From positions 1 through 40,925 of the IMG/VR virus record IMGVR_UViG_2671180437_000016: a stretch of 40,925 nucleotides of DNA; one strand, written 5' to 3'. Source of the DNA: a virus. Its lineage: Duplodnaviria > Heunggongvirae > Uroviricota > Caudoviricetes. Below, in pieces: positions 16,329 through 25,294 of the stretch (position 1 is its first letter; the number at the start of each line of letters is the position of its first letter). A model generated the notes under the pieces. That model made no database searches. It saw nothing but the letters and a program-made list of their open reading frames with translations, and was not told where the DNA came from. A program made the position numbers and the translations under genes.

Positions 16329-18008
16329 ATGGCGGAAACAACTAAAGAGCGATTGAACAAACAGTTCGCACAACTTGAAAGCGAGCGTCAGTCGTTCGAG
16401 CCGCACTGGCGCGAGTTGAGTGATTACATCAACCCGCGTGGTTCCCGCTTTCTGACTTCTGAGGCCAACCGTAACGATCGGCGCAATACACGCATTATTG
16501 ATTCGACCGGGACTATGGCGGCGCGCACTCTCGCCAGCGGCATGATGTCAGGCATCACAAGCCCCGCGCGTCCGTGGTTTCGCCTGGCTACGCCAGATCC
16601 TGAAATGATGGATTATGGCCCTGTTAAGTTGTGGCTTGAGGCGGTGCAGAACCGCATGAACGATATGTTCAATAAGTCGAATCTCTATCAGTCGCTGCCG
16701 CAGTTATACGGAAGCCTCGGCACATACAGCACCGGTGCAATGGCGGTACTGGAGGATGATGAGGACATCATTCGCACAATGCCATTCCCGATAGGCAGTT
16801 ACTACCTGGCTAACTCACCTCGTGGCAGTGTTGACACCTGTTTTCGCAAGTTCTCTATGACTGTTCGTCAGCTTGTTCAGGAGTTCGGGCTAAATAACGT
16901 CAGCGAATCCGTAAAAAGCATGTGGGAAAGCGGCACCTACGAGAAGTGGATTGACGTGATGCATTCGGTTTACCCGAACATTGACCGCGATACATCGAAG
17001 CTGGATAGCAAGAACAAGCCATTCAAATCGGTTTATTACGAGGTTGGTGGCGATAACGACAAGTTGTTGCGTGAGTCCGGATTCGATGAGTTTCCAATTA
17101 TGGCTCCGCGCTGGGAAGTTAACGGCGAAGATGTTTATGGATCATCATGCCCGGGTATGCTGGCGCTTGGACCTGTTAAGGCATTGCAGCTTCTCCAGAA
17201 GCGCAAGTCGCAGTTGATTGATAAAGCCACCAATCCGCCGATGGTTGCTCCGACTTCCCTCAAGAATCAGCGCGCCTCCCTTCTTCCTGGCGACATCACG
17301 TATATCGATCAGATTACTGGTCAGGATGGCTTCAGGCCTGCTTATCTGGTTAACCCCAGTACAGCAGATTTGGTGGCAGACATTCAGGACACTCGTCAAA
17401 TCATTAACAGCGCCTACTTTGTCGATCTGTTCATGATGTTGCAGAACATCAATACCCGCTCGATGCCTGTTGAAGCGGTGATCGAAATGAAAGAAGAAAA
17501 ACTTCTGATGTTGGGGCCGGTTCTGGAGCGTCTGAACGACGAATGTCTTAATCCTCTCATTGACCGCGCTTTCTCGATGATGGTGCGTAAAAACATGCTG
17601 CCGCCACCGCCTGACACGATGGAAGGCATGCCCCTGAAGGTCGAATACATTTCCGTCATGGCTCAGGCGCAGAAGTCTATCGGCCTGTCCAGTCTGGCGT
17701 CCACGGTTAACTTCATTGGTCAACTTGCGCAAGCGAAACCAGAAGCTCTCGACAAACTCAACGTTGATCAGGCGATCGATGCATTCGCTGATATGTCCGG
17801 AGTGTCTCCAACCGTCATTGTTCCGCAGGAACAGGTTGAGCAGGCTCGCCAGCAACGGGCACAGCAGCAACAGCAGCAACAAATGATGGCGATGGGGATG
17901 GCGGCGGCACAGGGGGCCAAGACGCTAAGCGAAGCTAAAACTTCGGATCCGAGTGTTTTGTCAGCTATGGCGAATGCAGTTAGTGGTCAGGGTGGGCAAT
18001 CACAATGA
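16329..18008 (+). CDS. Portal (head-to-tail connector) protein
   Basis: 559 aa, acidic, downstream of terminase and upstream of scaffold and capsid; size and position as in T7-like/epsilon15-like podoviruses. Confidence 0.8.
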   Translation: MAETTKERLNKQFAQLESERQSFEPHWRELSDYINPRGSRFLTSEANRNDRRNTRIIDSTGTMAARTLASGMMSGITSPARPWFRLATPDPEMMDYGPVKLWLEAVQNRMNDMFNKSNLYQSLPQLYGSLGTYSTGAMAVLEDDEDIIRTMPFPIGSYYLANSPRGSVDTCFRKFSMTVRQLVQEFGLNNVSESVKSMWESGTYEKWIDVMHSVYPNIDRDTSKLDSKNKPFKSVYYEVGGDNDKLLRESGFDEFPIMAPRWEVNGEDVYGSSCPGMLALGPVKALQLLQKRKSQLIDKATNPPMVAPTSLKNQRASLLPGDITYIDQITGQDGFRPAYLVNPSTADLVADIQDTRQIINSAYFVDLFMMLQNINTRSMPVEAVIEMKEEKLLMLGPVLERLNDECLNPLIDRAFSMMVRKNMLPPPPDTMEGMPLKVEYISVMAQAQKSIGLSSLASTVNFIGQLAQAKPEALDKLNVDQAIDAFADMSGVSPTVIVPQEQVEQARQQRAQQQQQQQMMAMGMAAAQGAKTLSEAKTSDPSVLSAMANAVSGQGGQSQ

Positions 18009-18301
18009 CAGATTACGAAGACGATCAACTGAAAGAAGAAAACGCCCGTAAGCAACGTGACATGGCACAGCGTGAAATTGATGACATTCGCTTTGTCATG
18101 AGCTGTGAACAGGGGCGTCGGGTTGTCTGGTCGGTACTGGAGAAAGGCCGTGTGTTTTCCGCTATCTCGCCGATGGACGCTATGGCAATGGCATTTAATG
18201 AGGGGCAACGCAATCTGGCGCTGGAACTGTTTCAGCGCGTTATGGCGCATTGCCCTGAACAGTATTTGAAGATGGCCAAAGAGGCCAGTGAACAGGAGTG
18301 A
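18005..18301 (+). CDS. Hypothetical head-module protein
   Basis: 98 aa, overlaps portal stop and scaffold start. Confidence 0.5.
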   Translation: MTDYEDDQLKEENARKQRDMAQREIDDIRFVMSCEQGRRVVWSVLEKGRVFSAISPMDAMAMAFNEGQRNLALELFQRVMAHCPEQYLKMAKEASEQE

Positions 18302-18999
18302 TCATGAATTTATTTGAGCGTTTGCTGTATAGCCGTCTTTGCAATGAGCAACCAGTCGATGGTGGAGCAGCTCCGGCTGCGTCAGAACCGTCAGCGCCTG
18401 CAGGTGATAACCCTGCTCCAGTTGGTGATCCATCACAACAGGAAGGTGATAAGCCACAACCTGTTGCTGATGGCGATAAACCTGCTGCTGACAAAAAGCC
18501 TGAAAACGATAAGCAGGATGAAAAAAAGGACGGCGATAAACCAGAGGGTGCGCCTGAGAAGTACGAGTTTCAGGCTGCCGAAGGCGTAGAGCTGGATACA
18601 GAAGCGTTGAAGGAATTCGAGCCGGTGGCGCGAGAACTAAACCTGACCAACGAGCAAGCGCAAAAGCTGGTTGATGTTTATCCGAAGATTCTGGCAGGTG
18701 TTCAGCAGCGCCAGGCAGAAGCCTGGCAGAAAACAACCGAGCAGTGGGCTGCTGATGTAAAAGCTGACAAAGAAATCGGTGGCGACAAGTTGATTTCTAA
18801 CCTTAGCGCCGCGCAGCGTGCGCTTGACCAGTTCGGGACACCTGAGCTCAAAGAATATCTGAACACCACCGGACTGGGTAATCACCCTGATCTGGTCAAG
18901 ACGTTCGTGAAAATCGGAAAGGCGATGTCTGAAGATGGCATGGTCACCGGTGGTAATGAAGGCCAGCGTAGTGCGGCCGAAGTGCTCTATGGCAAATAA
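18298..18999 (+). CDS. Scaffolding protein (putative)
   Basis: 233 aa, highly acidic, low-complexity Pro/Ala/Asp/Lys-rich N-terminal half; immediately upstream of major capsid gene. Confidence 0.6.
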   Translation: MIMNLFERLLYSRLCNEQPVDGGAAPAASEPSAPAGDNPAPVGDPSQQEGDKPQPVADGDKPAADKKPENDKQDEKKDGDKPEGAPEKYEFQAAEGVELDTEALKEFEPVARELNLTNEQAQKLVDVYPKILAGVQQRQAEAWQKTTEQWAADVKADKEIGGDKLISNLSAAQRALDQFGTPELKEYLNTTGLGNHPDLVKTFVKIGKAMSEDGMVTGGNEGQRSAAEVLYGK

Positions 19000-19013
19000 G
19001 AGAGGAAATGACA

Positions 19014-20000
19014 ATGGCTGTTAAAGGCTTAACTGCGCTAACGCTGGCTGACTGGGGTAAGCGCGTCGATCCAAACGGGAAAGTCGATAAGATTATCGAG
19101 CTTCTCGGTCAAACTAACCCGATCCTTCAGGATATGCCTTTTGTCGAAGGGAACCTTCCTACCGGACACCGAACCACCATTCGTTCTGGTTTACCTTCAG
19201 CTACCTGGCGTTTGCTGAACTATGGCGTACAGCCAAGCAAATCAACCACAGTGCAGGTAACCGATTCCGTTGGCATGCTGGAAACCTATGCTGAAGTCGA
19301 TAAGTCACTGGCTGATCTGAACGGCAATACCGCCGAATTCCGCCTGTCTGAAGACCGCGCATTTATTGAAGCGATGAATCAGCAGATGGCGCAGACGCTG
19401 TTTTATGGTGATTCCAGCGTTAACCCTCAGCAGTTTATGGGACTGTCCTCCCGCTATTCCAGCCTGTCTGCGGGTAATGCTCAGAACATCATTGATGCTG
19501 GTGGCACGGGTACAGATAACACCTCTATCTGGTTAGTGGTGTGGGGCGAAAACACCGTGCATGGCATCTTCCCGAAAGGGCAGAAGGCTGGCATCCAGAT
19601 GGAAGATAAAGGCCAGGTGACACTGGAAGATGCGAATGGCGGCAAGTACGAAGGCTACCGTACCCATTACAAATGGGACAACGGGCTTGCTCTGCGTGAC
19701 TGGCGTTATGTTGTTCGCATTGCAAACATCGATGTCAGCAATCTTTCAGAACCTTCCTCTGCCGCAAATATTGCGAAGTTGATGGTTAAAGCACTGCATC
19801 GCATTCCAAACCGTGGCATGGGTCGCCCGGTGTTCTACATGAACCGCACTGTAGGCCAGGCTCTTGATCTGCAATCTCTGGAGAAAACATCTCTGGCGAT
19901 CAGCGTAAAAGAGACAGAAGGCGAGTGGTGGACGTCATTCCGTGGTGTACCAATCCGTGAAACTGATGCGCTTCTGGAAACAGAAGCCCGCGTGGTGTAA
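19014..20000 (+). CDS. Major capsid protein
   Basis: About 328 aa; strong SD AGAGGAA 6 nt upstream of ATG 19014; position after scaffold; stem-loop GTGGGTC/GACCCAC at 20016-20035 follows. Confidence 0.8.
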   Translation: MAVKGLTALTLADWGKRVDPNGKVDKIIELLGQTNPILQDMPFVEGNLPTGHRTTIRSGLPSATWRLLNYGVQPSKSTTVQVTDSVGMLETYAEVDKSLADLNGNTAEFRLSEDRAFIEAMNQQMAQTLFYGDSSVNPQQFMGLSSRYSSLSAGNAQNIIDAGGTGTDNTSIWLVVWGENTVHGIFPKGQKAGIQMEDKGQVTLEDANGGKYEGYRTHYKWDNGLALRDWRYVVRIANIDVSNLSEPSSAANIAKLMVKALHRIPNRGMGRPVFYMNRTVGQALDLQSLEKTSLAISVKETEGEWWTSFRGVPIRETDALLETEARVV

Positions 20001-20051
20001 CGCCTGTTATTAACCTGTGGGTCGTAACAGACCCACTAATGGAGAAAGAAG

Positions 20052-20489
20052 ATGATCACCGACAAACTGTTGATGTTCTCCGAAGCTCAGGCGGTTACGA
20101 ATACCGCGGCTTCTACTGACGTAATCGATCTCGGTCCAATTGACGGAAAACGTCGTGATATCGGCGTGGGTTACCCGCTTGAGTTTTGGGCGCTGGTTAA
20201 CACAGCCGCCGCGGCAAGCGGTGATGCAACTGTAAACATCCAGTTGCAGACGAGTGAGAATAACAGCTCATGGACCACTATTTATGATAGTGGCGCACTG
20301 GCAAAGACCGCCCTGACAGCAGGTAAACGAGTTGTTTCTGCAAAGGTGCCTGCCGGTGTTCAGCGATATCTGCGTGTTAACTACTCCGTCGCAAATGGCC
20401 CACTAACGGCTGGCGAATTCACTGCTGGTATCAGTCTTGATGTTGATGCCAATACGCCGTATCCGATCCGCTCAAAAGTAACTGGTTAA
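20052..20489 (+). CDS. Hypothetical virion protein (possible capsid decoration/staple)
   Basis: 145 aa directly after capsid gene; function inferred from position only. Confidence 0.5.
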   Translation: MITDKLLMFSEAQAVTNTAASTDVIDLGPIDGKRRDIGVGYPLEFWALVNTAAAASGDATVNIQLQTSENNSSWTTIYDSGALAKTALTAGKRVVSAKVPAGVQRYLRVNYSVANGPLTAGEFTAGISLDVDANTPYPIRSKVTG

Positions 20490-20499
20490 GGTGATATTG

Positions 20500-20835
20500 A
20501 TGTCAGGTGAGAAACCAAGATACCGCGTTCTGCGCCTCTCTCATATCCATAACACGCTGTGGCCGGAGGGGGCAGAAATCGAATACGAAGGTGAGCCTGG
20601 TAGCGCACTGGAACCTGTTAACGATGCGGCCAGACAGGCAAAAGCAAAAGTTGCAGGAAAGGTGTCAATGGCAGCAACCAGCACCAAAATCATCAACGAT
20701 GTGTCAGATGATGGTGAACTGGATAAGCTCCGTGAAGAGTACGAATTGCTCTTTAACGAGAAGCCACACCATAACGCCAAAGCCGAAACGCTCCGCGAGA
20801 AGATCGCAGATAAGCGTAAAGAACTGGGCGTGTAA
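20500..20835 (+). CDS. Hypothetical virion-module protein
   Basis: ATG 20500 with AAGGTGA SD; track ORF starts at GTG 20491. Confidence 0.5.
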   Translation: MSGEKPRYRVLRLSHIHNTLWPEGAEIEYEGEPGSALEPVNDAARQAKAKVAGKVSMAATSTKIINDVSDDGELDKLREEYELLFNEKPHHNAKAETLREKIADKRKELGV

Positions 20836-20852
20836 GCCTCGCGGATCAGACA

Positions 20853-20873
20853 AGGGGCTTCGGCCCCTTTATT
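20853..20873 (+). terminator. Intra-operon stem-loop/terminator
   Basis: Stem AGGGGC/GCCCCT, loop TTCG, followed by TTATT. Confidence 0.45.
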
Positions 20874-20885
20874 GCAGGAGTGTAT

Positions 20886-21209
20886 ATGGAACTCGTAAAC
20901 CTCAAAACCGGCACTGACAGCTACCAGGATGAGAGCGGAGAAACCAGAACTCGCGATGAATACCCGTGGGGGCTGTGCATCACTCTTAATAACGACACAT
21001 TGAATAAGCTGAAGGCGCAACCTCAGGGCGTCGGAACAGAAGTGATGATAACTGCAAAGGCTGTTATTCGAGGCCTGTCTGCCAGAGAAACTGACGATGG
21101 TGTTAATCGCAGCGCCGATCTGCAGATCACTGATATGGCGATCGCTCCTGTTTCCGGGGATGTAGAAAAATCAGCGGCTGAAACTCTGTACGGCAATGGG
21201 GGGGAGTAA
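20886..21209 (+). CDS. Hypothetical virion-module protein
   Basis: ATG 20886 with GCAGGAG SD; track ORF starts at GTG 20880. Confidence 0.5.
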   Translation: MELVNLKTGTDSYQDESGETRTRDEYPWGLCITLNNDTLNKLKAQPQGVGTEVMITAKAVIRGLSARETDDGVNRSADLQITDMAIAPVSGDVEKSAAETLYGNGGE

Positions 21210-21814
21210 TGGCCTCTGTAGTAGAGATCTGCAATCGTGCGCTGTCCAATATTGGCAACAGCCGCAGCATTAACAGCCTGACGGAAGCCAGCAAGGAAGC
21301 TGGGGAATGTTCGCTGCACTTTGAGGCCTGCCGTGATGCTGTTCTTTCTGATTTTGACTGGAACTTTGCTACCAAACGCGTGGCGCTTGCAGATACGAGC
21401 AATCCACCTCCTGACTGGGAATATGCGTACCAGTACCCGTCCGATTGTCTGCGCATTACTGAAATTATGCTTCCTGGTGTACGTAATCCAACAGCAGCAA
21501 TGCGCGTTCAGTACGAAGTTGGTGCAGACACCAACGGAACAGGAAAATTGATCTACACAGACCAGCCGCAGGCATGGCTCAAGTATGTCTCTCGCGTTAC
21601 AGATGTGAACATGTTTGATGCCATTTTTATGGAGGCGCTGGCCTGGCGTCTTGCGGCAGCTATTAACATGGCGCTGACTGGGAATGCAGACCTCGGTACG
21701 TTTGCCCTCAATATGTACAATCGCGTGATTCTTAGTGCTGGCTCGCATAGCCAGAATGAATCACAGGAACCACAGCCACCGGTTGATGAGTTTACCATTG
21801 CGAGGTTGTCCTGA
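21209..21814 (+). CDS. Tail tubular protein A-like (T7 gp11-like), putative
   Basis: 201 aa, followed by about 820-aa protein as in T7 gp11/gp12 pair; weak motif similarity ('ICNRALSNIG', 'FDWNF'). Confidence 0.5.
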   Translation: MASVVEICNRALSNIGNSRSINSLTEASKEAGECSLHFEACRDAVLSDFDWNFATKRVALADTSNPPPDWEYAYQYPSDCLRITEIMLPGVRNPTAAMRVQYEVGADTNGTGKLIYTDQPQAWLKYVSRVTDVNMFDAIFMEALAWRLAAAINMALTGNADLGTFALNMYNRVILSAGSHSQNESQEPQPPVDEFTIARLS

Positions 21815-24285
21815 TGGCTATCAGTTGGATTCAGCCCAGCTTTGCTGGTGGTGAGATTGGACCGTCGTTGTACGGACGTATCGACATGGCGAAGTACCAG
21901 GTGGCATTGCGCAAGTGCGATAATTTTATCGTGCGGCAGTATGGCGGCGTTGAGAATCGACCTGGTACGCGTTTTGTCGGTGCCGCCAAATACCCAAATC
22001 GGAAATGCCGTCTGATACCGTTCCAGTTCTCGACGGTTCAGACTTATGCTCTGGAGTTCGGACACCAGTACATGCGCGTTATCAAAGATGGTGCGTTGGT
22101 GCTGAACAGCAGCAATGTTATTTATGAAATTGCCACGCCATATACTGAAGCCGATCTGTTCCGAATTAAATTCACGCAAAGCGCAGACGTGCTTACGCTG
22201 GTTCACCCGGCATACCCGCCGAAAGAGTTGCGCCGCTATGCGCATGACAACTGGCAACTGGTTGATGTGGTAACGAAGAACGGGCCATTTGAAGATATCA
22301 ATATTGACGAGTCAGTGACGGTTTATGCCAGCGCCAGCACCGGGACAATTACGTTAACGGCAAGCGCCTCTATTTTTGGCGCGGAGCAGGTAGGCAAATT
22401 GTTCTATCTGGAACAGCCTGCAGTGGATTCTGTGCCGGTATGGGAAACCAGTAAGAGTACGTCGATTGGCGATATTCGCCGTGCAGACAGTAACTACTAT
22501 CGCGCCGTTACAGCAGGCAAAACAGGCACTTTGCGCCCTTCGCATACAGAAGGCACATCATGGGATGGCTGGGGCGGCTCCGGTGATGATGATACTGGCA
22601 TTGAGTGGGAGTATCTGCACAGTGGTTTTGGCATTGCCCGTATAACTGCTGTAAATGGCACTACTGCAACTGCTGAGGTGATTTCCTATATCCCTTCGCA
22701 GGTCGTTGGCGAGGATAATGCCAGCTATAAATGGGCTAAATATGCCTGGAACAGTGTTAATGGTTATCCTGGCACTGTTGTTTATTATCAACAACGTCTT
22801 TACTTCGCCGCATCGACTGCGTTCCCTCAGACTATCTGGGCCAGCCGTACTGGGGATTATAAGGATTTTGGCAAAAGCAATCCTACGCAGGATGACGACA
22901 GAATTATCTACACCTATGCCGGGCGTCAGGTTAATGAGATCCGTCACCTGATTGATGTTGGTTCTCTGGTGGCGCTGACTTCCGGAGGTGAGTACGTCAT
23001 CACCGGCGACCAGAACAAAGTGTTAACCCCATCATCATTTGCATTCAGCTCTCAGGGATCAAATGGCTCAAGCAACGTCCCGCCAATTGCCGTGGCGAAT
23101 ATTGCTTTGTTCGTCCAGGAGAAAGGCAGCGTTGTCCGTGATCTGGCCTACTCATTCGATGTTGACGGCTATCAGGGGAACGACCTGACCATCCTTGCCA
23201 ATCATCTTTTTCAGAAGCACAGCATTGTTGACTGGTGCTTCTCGATTGTCCCTTACTCCAGCGCCTTCTGCATTCGTGATGACGGTAAATTACTGGTGAT
23301 GACCTATTTGCGTGATCAGCAGGTTTTTGCATGGGCACCACAATCCAGTACCGGGAAATATGAAAGCACATGCAGTATCAGCGAAGGCAATGAAGATGCG
23401 GTGTATTTCGTCGTTAACCGAACCGTTAACGGGCAAACAGTGAGATACATAGAGCGTCTGTCCAGCCGTTTATTTACCAGCAATGAAGATGCCTTCTTTG
23501 TTGACTCTGGTCTTAGCTATGATGGCAGAAATACGTCAGAAAGAACGATGACCATCACTGGTGGTTCTGGCGAATGGGATTACCGCGCGGAATATACAAT
23601 CAGTGTTTCTGGTGGTGCGTACTTCACCAGTAGTGATGTCGGTGCGCAACTACAGTTCCCTTATACCGGAACTGTTCCTGATACTGGCGATGAAGTGTCA
23701 AAAGAATTACGTTGCGACATTATTTCTGTAACCAGCAATACCGCTGTAGTGGTTCGTGCTAACAGGAACGTCCCGCCATCCCTCAGGAATGTGGCCACCA
23801 CGAACTGGCAGATGGCGCGCCGGACATTTGGAGGTCTGTCTCATCTTGAAGGCCAGACCGTAAACATTCTCTCTGATGCGAACGTGGAACCACAGAAAGT
23901 GGTTTCCGGAGGTGCCGTCACGCTGGAATCTCCGGGGGCTGTAGTGCACATCGGCCTGCCAATAACTGCTGAATTCGAAACACTGGATATCAACATTAAC
24001 GGACAGGAAACGCTGCTGGACAAAAAACAGGTGATCCCCTCCGTTACTCTGGTTGTGAATGCCAGTCGCGGCATCTGGGCGACTACGCCCGGCGGTAAAT
24101 GGTACGAATATCCACAGCGTGAATTCGAGTTCTACGATGATCCTGTTGATGATGCTACCGGAAAAGTAGAAGTGAAACTGGACAGTAACTGGGGCAAAAA
24201 CGGGCGTGTAAAAATCCGTCAGCTTGACCCGTTGCCGCTGTCTGTTCTTGCCGTTATTCCTCGCCTTACTGTTGGGGGATTCTGA
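21814..24285 (+). CDS. Tail tubular protein B-like (T7 gp12-like), putative
   Basis: 823 aa, size and position consistent with podovirus nozzle protein. Confidence 0.5.
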   Translation: MAISWIQPSFAGGEIGPSLYGRIDMAKYQVALRKCDNFIVRQYGGVENRPGTRFVGAAKYPNRKCRLIPFQFSTVQTYALEFGHQYMRVIKDGALVLNSSNVIYEIATPYTEADLFRIKFTQSADVLTLVHPAYPPKELRRYAHDNWQLVDVVTKNGPFEDINIDESVTVYASASTGTITLTASASIFGAEQVGKLFYLEQPAVDSVPVWETSKSTSIGDIRRADSNYYRAVTAGKTGTLRPSHTEGTSWDGWGGSGDDDTGIEWEYLHSGFGIARITAVNGTTATAEVISYIPSQVVGEDNASYKWAKYAWNSVNGYPGTVVYYQQRLYFAASTAFPQTIWASRTGDYKDFGKSNPTQDDDRIIYTYAGRQVNEIRHLIDVGSLVALTSGGEYVITGDQNKVLTPSSFAFSSQGSNGSSNVPPIAVANIALFVQEKGSVVRDLAYSFDVDGYQGNDLTILANHLFQKHSIVDWCFSIVPYSSAFCIRDDGKLLVMTYLRDQQVFAWAPQSSTGKYESTCSISEGNEDAVYFVVNRTVNGQTVRYIERLSSRLFTSNEDAFFVDSGLSYDGRNTSERTMTITGGSGEWDYRAEYTISVSGGAYFTSSDVGAQLQFPYTGTVPDTGDEVSKELRCDIISVTSNTAVVVRANRNVPPSLRNVATTNWQMARRTFGGLSHLEGQTVNILSDANVEPQKVVSGGAVTLESPGAVVHIGLPITAEFETLDININGQETLLDKKQVIPSVTLVVNASRGIWATTPGGKWYEYPQREFEFYDDPVDDATGKVEVKLDSNWGKNGRVKIRQLDPLPLSVLAVIPRLTVGGF

Positions 24286-24749
24286 TGATCGATGTTCAAA
24301 TTATTCCCGCTACCGAAGAGCATCTTCAGATGATTTTGCCGGATGTTCGTCAGGCTGATATTGACGAACTGTATGCGGTATCGCTGATGACTACCGAAGA
24401 TGCGCTGCGCGTTGGTCTTCGCACTGCGACTATGGCCTGGTCAGGGTTCGCGAACGGAGAACTGGTAACCATGTTTGGTGTATCTCCGGCGTCAATGATC
24501 GGTGGCAATGGTACGCCCTGGCTGGTAGGAACCAGCCGTATTGAAAAATATCAGAAGACATTTCTGCGCCACTGCCGCCCTGTATTGCAGCAGATGCTGG
24601 CAGTTTATCCGCGCCTGGAAAACTACGTCGACGAGCGAAACCATGTTGCCAAAGCATGGCTGCACTGGCTTGGATTCAGGCTTGAAGAAGCCGCGCCTTA
24701 TGGTGCTCTTGGTCTTAATTTCCACAGATTTCACATGGAGAGAAAATAA
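24285..24749 (+). CDS. Internal virion protein (small), putative
   Basis: 154 aa, ATGA-coupled to upstream gene; position equivalent to T7 gp13. Confidence 0.4.
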   Translation: MIDVQIIPATEEHLQMILPDVRQADIDELYAVSLMTTEDALRVGLRTATMAWSGFANGELVTMFGVSPASMIGGNGTPWLVGTSRIEKYQKTFLRHCRPVLQQMLAVYPRLENYVDERNHVAKAWLHWLGFRLEEAAPYGALGLNFHRFHMERK

Positions 24750-25294
24750 TGTGCGATCCGGTTATTGCTGGTGGCGCAATGCTCGCCATGAGTGGCATTC
24801 AGGCATACACCCAGTACCAACAGGGAAAGTATGCCTCGAAGGTTGCAGAAGCGAACGCAGATATAGCCACTGCTCAGGCAAATGATGCAATAAACAGAGG
24901 TAACGCTGAAGCTGAGCAACGGCGCAGAGAGACCCGACAGCGGCTTGGTACACAGGCGGCGACAATGGGGGCGACCGGCGCTGATTTATCTACCGGTAAC
25001 GCGCTGGATATATTTGGCGACACTGCCCAGTTTGGCGCCCTTGATTCGCTGACGACGGTGAATAACGCGCAACGCGAGGCTTACGGTTATCAGGTTCAGG
25101 CTGCCAACTATAAAGCAGAAGCCAGTTCAGCCCGTAAACAGGGGAATGTGGGAGCAGCAACAACATTGCTCACCGCGCCTCTGAGGGCATACGGTGCGTA
25201 CCAGATGTTTGGTGGGACGTGGAGTCCGTTTACTCAAAGCACTCCTGCGCCAATCGGGGCAGCAGCAGGAACCAGATTACCCGGAGGATTATAA
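24749..25294 (+). CDS. Internal virion protein, putative
   Basis: 181 aa, Ala/Gly/Gln-rich; position equivalent to T7 gp14. Confidence 0.4.
   Translation: MCDPVIAGGAMLAMSGIQAYTQYQQGKYASKVAEANADIATAQANDAINRGNAEAEQRRRETRQRLGTQAATMGATGADLSTGNALDIFGDTAQFGALDSLTTVNNAQREAYGYQVQAANYKAEASSARKQGNVGAATTLLTAPLRAYGAYQMFGGTWSPFTQSTPAPIGAAAGTRLPGGL

Noticed and set aside
17145-17882. 245-aa minus-strand ORF antisense to the portal gene, and similar long antisense ORFs (13234..13740, 13508..13981, 20541..21020, 21023..21748, 21553..22257, 25348..25968, 30637..31098, 38531..39187)
   Set aside because: All are embedded antisense in strongly supported structural or lysis genes, as expected for open antisense frames; none has an independent start context.
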